Source: Myxococcota bacterium
GTDB lineage: Bacteria; Myxococcota_A; UBA796; CAJQPC01
NCBI GenBank assembly: GCA_036012755.1
Contig: DASCPX010000009.1
Coordinates: 146,880 to 210,879 of the forward strand
Length of the DNA stretch: 64,000 nucleotides
Reading direction: 5' to 3'
Below the pieces are notes generated by a model that was given only the letters and a program-made list of their open reading frames with translations, did no database searches and was not told the origin of the DNA. The translations under genes and the position numbers were made by a program. Positions within the stretch are counted from its first letter, which is position 1; every line of letters starts with the position of its first letter. Positions 60,331 through 64,000 of this stretch are shown here, piece by piece.

Positions 60331-61428
60331 TCAGGCCTTGGCGAACTCTATGAACCGTTGCAACAACAGGTGGTTTGAATCATGCGGGCCCGGCGAAGCC
60401 TCCGGGTGGTACTGCACGCAGCAGATCCGGAGATCGTCGTGGACGAAGCCCTCGAGGGTCCCGTCGTTGAGGTTCTGGTGGGTGACGCGCCCCCCCGCTT
60501 TGACGAGGCCGGCTTCGTCGACGCAGAAGCCATGGTTCTGCGAGGTGATCTCGATGCGTCCGGTGTCGATGTCACGGACGGGGTGGTTGCCTCCGCGGTG
60601 GCCGAAGCGCAGCTTGAAGGTGTCGGCGCCTAGGCTCAGCCCGAGGAGCTGGTGACCGAGGCAGATACCCAGGATCGGTACTCTTCCGTGGAGTCTCCTC
60701 ACCTCGGCAGCCATCTCCGGCAGGGCCGCGGGATCTCCTGGACCGTTGCTCAGGAAGACGGCGTCACAGTCCTGCTGGAGGATGCTCGCTGGCGTCCGCG
60801 ACGGAAAGACCCGCACGCGGCAGTTCGCCTGGGCGAACAACCTCAGGATGTTGGTCTTCACCCCGCCGTCGAGCACGTTGACCCTCAACGTGGGCTCTTG
60901 GGGATCGGCGTAGAGGTGAGGATCGTCGCAGCTCACCTCGTGGGCCAGCGCCCGGCCCTCCATTCCAGGCCACCGCTCCAGGAGCTCGAAGAGCTCGGGC
61001 CCGGGGCGGCCGTCGGTAGAGATCACTGCCTTCATCGCGCCCGCGGAGCGGATGTGTCGCACCAGCGCCCGGGTGTCGATGCCGTGCAGCCCGGGCACGC
61101 CCGCCCTTCGGAGGTAGCGATCGAGGCCGCCGGTGGCTCGGTGGCTGGAGTGGACCCGGGAGAAGGCCCGAGCGACGAAGCCCGAGACCTGCACGCCGGA
61201 GGACTCGAGGTCCACCTCGTTGACGCCGTAGTTGCCGACGTGGCTGGCCGTCATCGTGACGATCTGCTCACGGTAGCTCGGGTCGGTGAGGATCTCCTGG
61301 TAGCCCGTCATCGACGTGTTGAAGACGATCTCGCCCACGCGGGATCCGCGTGCTCCGAAGGCCTCGCCGGTGAAGGACCGGCCGTCTTCCAACAGAAGGA
61401 TGCCGCCCATGGTGGCCGTGGTTAGCAC
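60331..61428 (-). CDS. carA: Carbamoyl-phosphate synthase small subunit
   Basis: [34 protein letters not shown]; start may be ATG at 61410. Confidence 0.97.
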   Translation of the reverse strand: MLTTATMGGILLLEDGRSFTGEAFGARGSRVGEIVFNTSMTGYQEILTDPSYREQIVTMTASHVGNYGVNEVDLESSGVQVSGFVARAFSRVHSSHRATGGLDRYLRRAGVPGLHGIDTRALVRHIRSAGAMKAVISTDGRPGPELFELLERWPGMEGRALAHEVSCDDPHLYADPQEPTLRVNVLDGGVKTNILRLFAQANCRVRVFPSRTPASILQQDCDAVFLSNGPGDPAALPEMAAEVRRLHGRVPILGICLGHQLLGLSLGADTFKLRFGHRGGNHPVRDIDTGRIEITSQNHGFCVDEAGLVKAGGRVTHQNLNDGTLEGFVHDDLRICCVQYHPEASPGPHDSNHLLLQRFIEFAKA

Positions 61429-61485
61429 GGCGTCGAGACCCGTGGCACGCAGTCACGAAGCTGTTTCTCTCGCGCGGAGCCCCGG

Positions 61486-63525
61486 ATGTCAGGAGATCTC
61501 TCACAGGTACGCAACATCGGCATCGCCGCACATGTCGACGCGGGCAAGACGACCCTGACCGAGCGGGTCCTCTACTACACGGGCGCCTCCCACAAGATCG
61601 GCGAGGTCCACGATGGCGAGGCCCACATGGACTACATCCCCGAGGAGCAGGAGCACGGCATCACCATCATGGCCGCCGTGACGAAGACGAACTGGAAGGA
61701 CCACCTGATCCAGGTCGTGGACACACCGGGACACGTCGACTTCACGATCGAGGTCGAGCGCAGCATGCGAGTGCTCGACGGCTGCGTGATCGTGCTCGAC
61801 GGAGTCCGGGGTGCCGAGCCACAGACCGAGACCGTCTGGCGCCAGCGCAACAAGTTCAACCTGCCGGCACTCTTCTTCGTGAACAAGATGGACCGGCCGG
61901 GCGCCGACTTCCGCCGCTGCCTCGCCAGCATCAGCGAGCGCCTCGCGGGGGAGCCCGTGGCGGTGACCTTCCCCCTCCCCGAGCAGAGCGCGGTGGTCCA
62001 CCTCATCGACAAGACGATCATCAGCTTCTCCGGCGACAAGGGAGAGGTGGTCAGCGTGGAAGAGGCCGACGAGGACACCTGGGCCTCCACCCTCGACCTG
62101 CGGGAGACGCTCTACCTGGCCGTCGCCGAGTACGACGAGGCCATCGAGGAGGCCGCGCTCATGGAGGAGGAGCCAGAGCGCGATGCCCTGTGGGCCGCCC
62201 TTCGGCAGGCCTGCCTGACGGGGCGTATCCATCCCTGCTTCGGCGGCACGGCGCTCAAGAACCAGGGGGTGCAGCCGCTCCTCGACGGCGTCATCGCGCT
62301 GCTCCCGGCGCCCCTGGATCGTCCAGCCTCGATCGGCACGACCCTGAAGGGTGAGGAGGTCCGCGTCGAGATGGACCAGAGCCAGCCCTTGGCAGCCCTG
62401 GCCTTCAAGGTCCAGATGTGGGAGGGCAGGCGCCACGTCTTCGCGCGCATCTACCGGGGGCGCCTGAACAAGGGCCAGAAGGTCGCGGTCTCCACCCCCG
62501 ACGGGATCATCGAGGAGCGCGTCGCGCGGGTCTTCGACATCGACGCCAACAAGAAGAGCCGCATGGACCGGGCCTTCGCCGGGCAGATCGTCCTGTTGGC
62601 GGGGCTGCGCAAGGTCACCACCGGCGACACCTTCTTCGACCCCGAGCACCCCCTGCTGCTGGAGAAGATCGATCTCAGGGCGCCGGTCCTGGGACTGGCG
62701 GTAGAGGCGGCCTCGACCAAGGACGAGGAGAAGCTCCTGGAGGCCCTCGACAAGATGCAGCAGGAGGACCCGACCCTGCGACTGGACGAGGACCCGGACA
62801 CAGGCCAGCGCGTGCTGCGCGGCATGGGTGAGCTCCACCTCCAGATCTGCTTCGAGCGGCTGCAGCGCGAGTTCAAGCTGGACGTGCGCGCGGGCAAGCC
62901 CGACGTGGTCGTGCGCGAGACCATCGGGGGCAAGGCCACCGCGGACGCCCTCTTCAACCGCACGATCGAGCAGGAGGACAGGGTCCTGCAGATGAAGGCC
63001 TACGTGAAGGTCTCCGTCGGGGCGCTGGCCCGCGGCGAGGGCACAGAGGTCACCGGAGACCCGGTGGTGCGCCCCGCCGGCTCGGTCATCTCCGCCACCC
63101 AGCTCGAGGCGGTCATGGCCGGTGCGCGCGACGCCGCCATCACCGGTCCCAACGGCGCCGAGCTCCAGGACCTGAGCGTCGTGGTCGAGGCTGTCCAGAC
63201 CTACGGCGAAGCCAGCAGCCCGCAGGCTCTACGCGTCGCCGCGGCAGAGGCCGTACGCAACGCCATCCGAGAGGCCAACCCGCTGCTCCTCCGCCCCATC
63301 ATGGACACGGAGGTGGTCGTGCCAGAGGACAACTTCGGCACCGTGCTCGGAGACCTGCAGTCTCGCCAGGCGGCCATCCACAGCACGAACATCCTGGGGG
63401 ACGTGGCCTCGATCCGCTGCGACGTGCCCCTGGACAAGCTGCTCGGCTACACCACGGATCTGCGCTCGATGACCCGCGGCCGAGGCCAGTTCACGATGAC
63501 CTTCGACCGCTTCGACGTCGCCTAG
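61486..63525 (+). CDS. fusA: Elongation factor G, stand-alone paralog
   Basis: AHVDAGKTT, DTPGHVDF, NKMD, GMGELHL, LRSMT.GRG.F. Confidence 0.9.
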   Translation: MSGDLSQVRNIGIAAHVDAGKTTLTERVLYYTGASHKIGEVHDGEAHMDYIPEEQEHGITIMAAVTKTNWKDHLIQVVDTPGHVDFTIEVERSMRVLDGCVIVLDGVRGAEPQTETVWRQRNKFNLPALFFVNKMDRPGADFRRCLASISERLAGEPVAVTFPLPEQSAVVHLIDKTIISFSGDKGEVVSVEEADEDTWASTLDLRETLYLAVAEYDEAIEEAALMEEEPERDALWAALRQACLTGRIHPCFGGTALKNQGVQPLLDGVIALLPAPLDRPASIGTTLKGEEVRVEMDQSQPLAALAFKVQMWEGRRHVFARIYRGRLNKGQKVAVSTPDGIIEERVARVFDIDANKKSRMDRAFAGQIVLLAGLRKVTTGDTFFDPEHPLLLEKIDLRAPVLGLAVEAASTKDEEKLLEALDKMQQEDPTLRLDEDPDTGQRVLRGMGELHLQICFERLQREFKLDVRAGKPDVVVRETIGGKATADALFNRTIEQEDRVLQMKAYVKVSVGALARGEGTEVTGDPVVRPAGSVISATQLEAVMAGARDAAITGPNGAELQDLSVVVEAVQTYGEASSPQALRVAAAEAVRNAIREANPLLLRPIMDTEVVVPEDNFGTVLGDLQSRQAAIHSTNILGDVASIRCDVPLDKLLGYTTDLRSMTRGRGQFTMTFDRFDVA

Positions 63526-63535
63526 CCCCGCGCAC

Positions 63536-63847
63536 TCAGCGGGCGAATTCGTCGTGGTCGGCGCGCATGCCCTCCGCTGCCCAGGCGTCCACACTGGGCC
63601 AGATTCGTGCCCTTGGCCAAGGGAGCTGTTCGGGCGGAGTGCTTGTCCACGTGAGGTGGACGACCGCAACTCGCCCTGTGCCGTCCTCCAAGGCGAACAA
63701 GACATCGTCGCAATCATGCCGACGACCGATCCCGCGTACGGGAACACCGTGAAGCGGGTGACCGTCACCTGCCTCTCGTCGAAGCTCGGGCTCGAACGCC
63801 CCGATGGAATCGCCCTGCAGTGGGTGCCAGGGTTCGAGCCAGTTCAC
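63536..63847 (-). CDS. Small hypothetical protein (103 aa)
   Basis: GTG at 63847; WLEPW..ELRRE..GHPLHG..RRHDCDDVLF..VVHLTW looks like a globular conserved hypothetical. Confidence 0.7.
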   Translation of the reverse strand: MNWLEPWHPLQGDSIGAFEPELRREAGDGHPLHGVPVRGIGRRHDCDDVLFALEDGTGRVAVVHLTWTSTPPEQLPWPRARIWPSVDAWAAEGMRADHDEFAR

Positions 63848-63941
63848 ATGCTGCAAGTAACGCGAGGCCAGCGAGGGTCGATGATGGCGACGCTGTCGTG
63901 CCCGGTGGCGACGCGGTCGAGGGGACCTGCGGCTTCGAACA

Positions 63942-64000
63942 GGGCGAGCCCGGAACTGGGCGAGCCCGGAACTGGGCAAGCCCGGAACTGGGCAAGCCCG
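63942..64000. repeat. 16-bp tandem repeat GGGCRAGCCCGGAACT, at least 3.7 copies, runs off the window
   Basis: Units at 63942, 63958, 63974, 63990; each has a GGGC-nn-GCCC palindrome. Confidence 0.9.

Noticed and set aside
63942..64000. CRISPR array
   Set aside because: Units are directly adjacent with no unique spacers; no cas genes in the window

Overview
High-GC bacterial chromosome segment, most likely Myxococcota-like (a MYXO-CTERM-type sorting tail, many Cys/Asp 'MopE-like' repeat plus FG-GAP surface proteins, a kinase-AAA-TPR signalling protein). About 50 CDS: housekeeping genes (carAB, a stand-alone EF-G paralog, yitJ-type methyltransferase/MTHFR, NfuA-like, asparaginase II, Na/Pi cotransporter), two GMC oxidoreductase + small Tat-subunit pairs, an orphan TadG/TadE/TadE set, an HpnN/HpnG-like pair, four integrin-like repeat surface proteins and one HNH endonuclease. 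No rRNA, tRNA, CRISPR array or transposase was recognised. Main observations: (1) an unannotated candidate structured sRNA at about 31.95-32.09 kb with a sigma54-like promoter and its own + strand terminator, although both flanking genes are on the - strand; (2) eight lipoproteins with ultrashort (7-8 aa, uncharged) signal peptides, three of them bounded by in-frame upstream stops; (3) at least ten genes with a TANNNT hexamer 6-7 nt before the start codon (leaderless-type); (4) a small dispersed repeat family, CTAG-flanked in one copy, sharing motifs with the 3' tail of the HNH gene; (5) a GreA-N-like/pseudokinase/PP2C fusion; (6) a PilC-like ORF split by one in-frame TAG; (7) a YeeE/YedE pair that has lost its Cys motifs. 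All family assignments are by eye from motifs; no database search was run.
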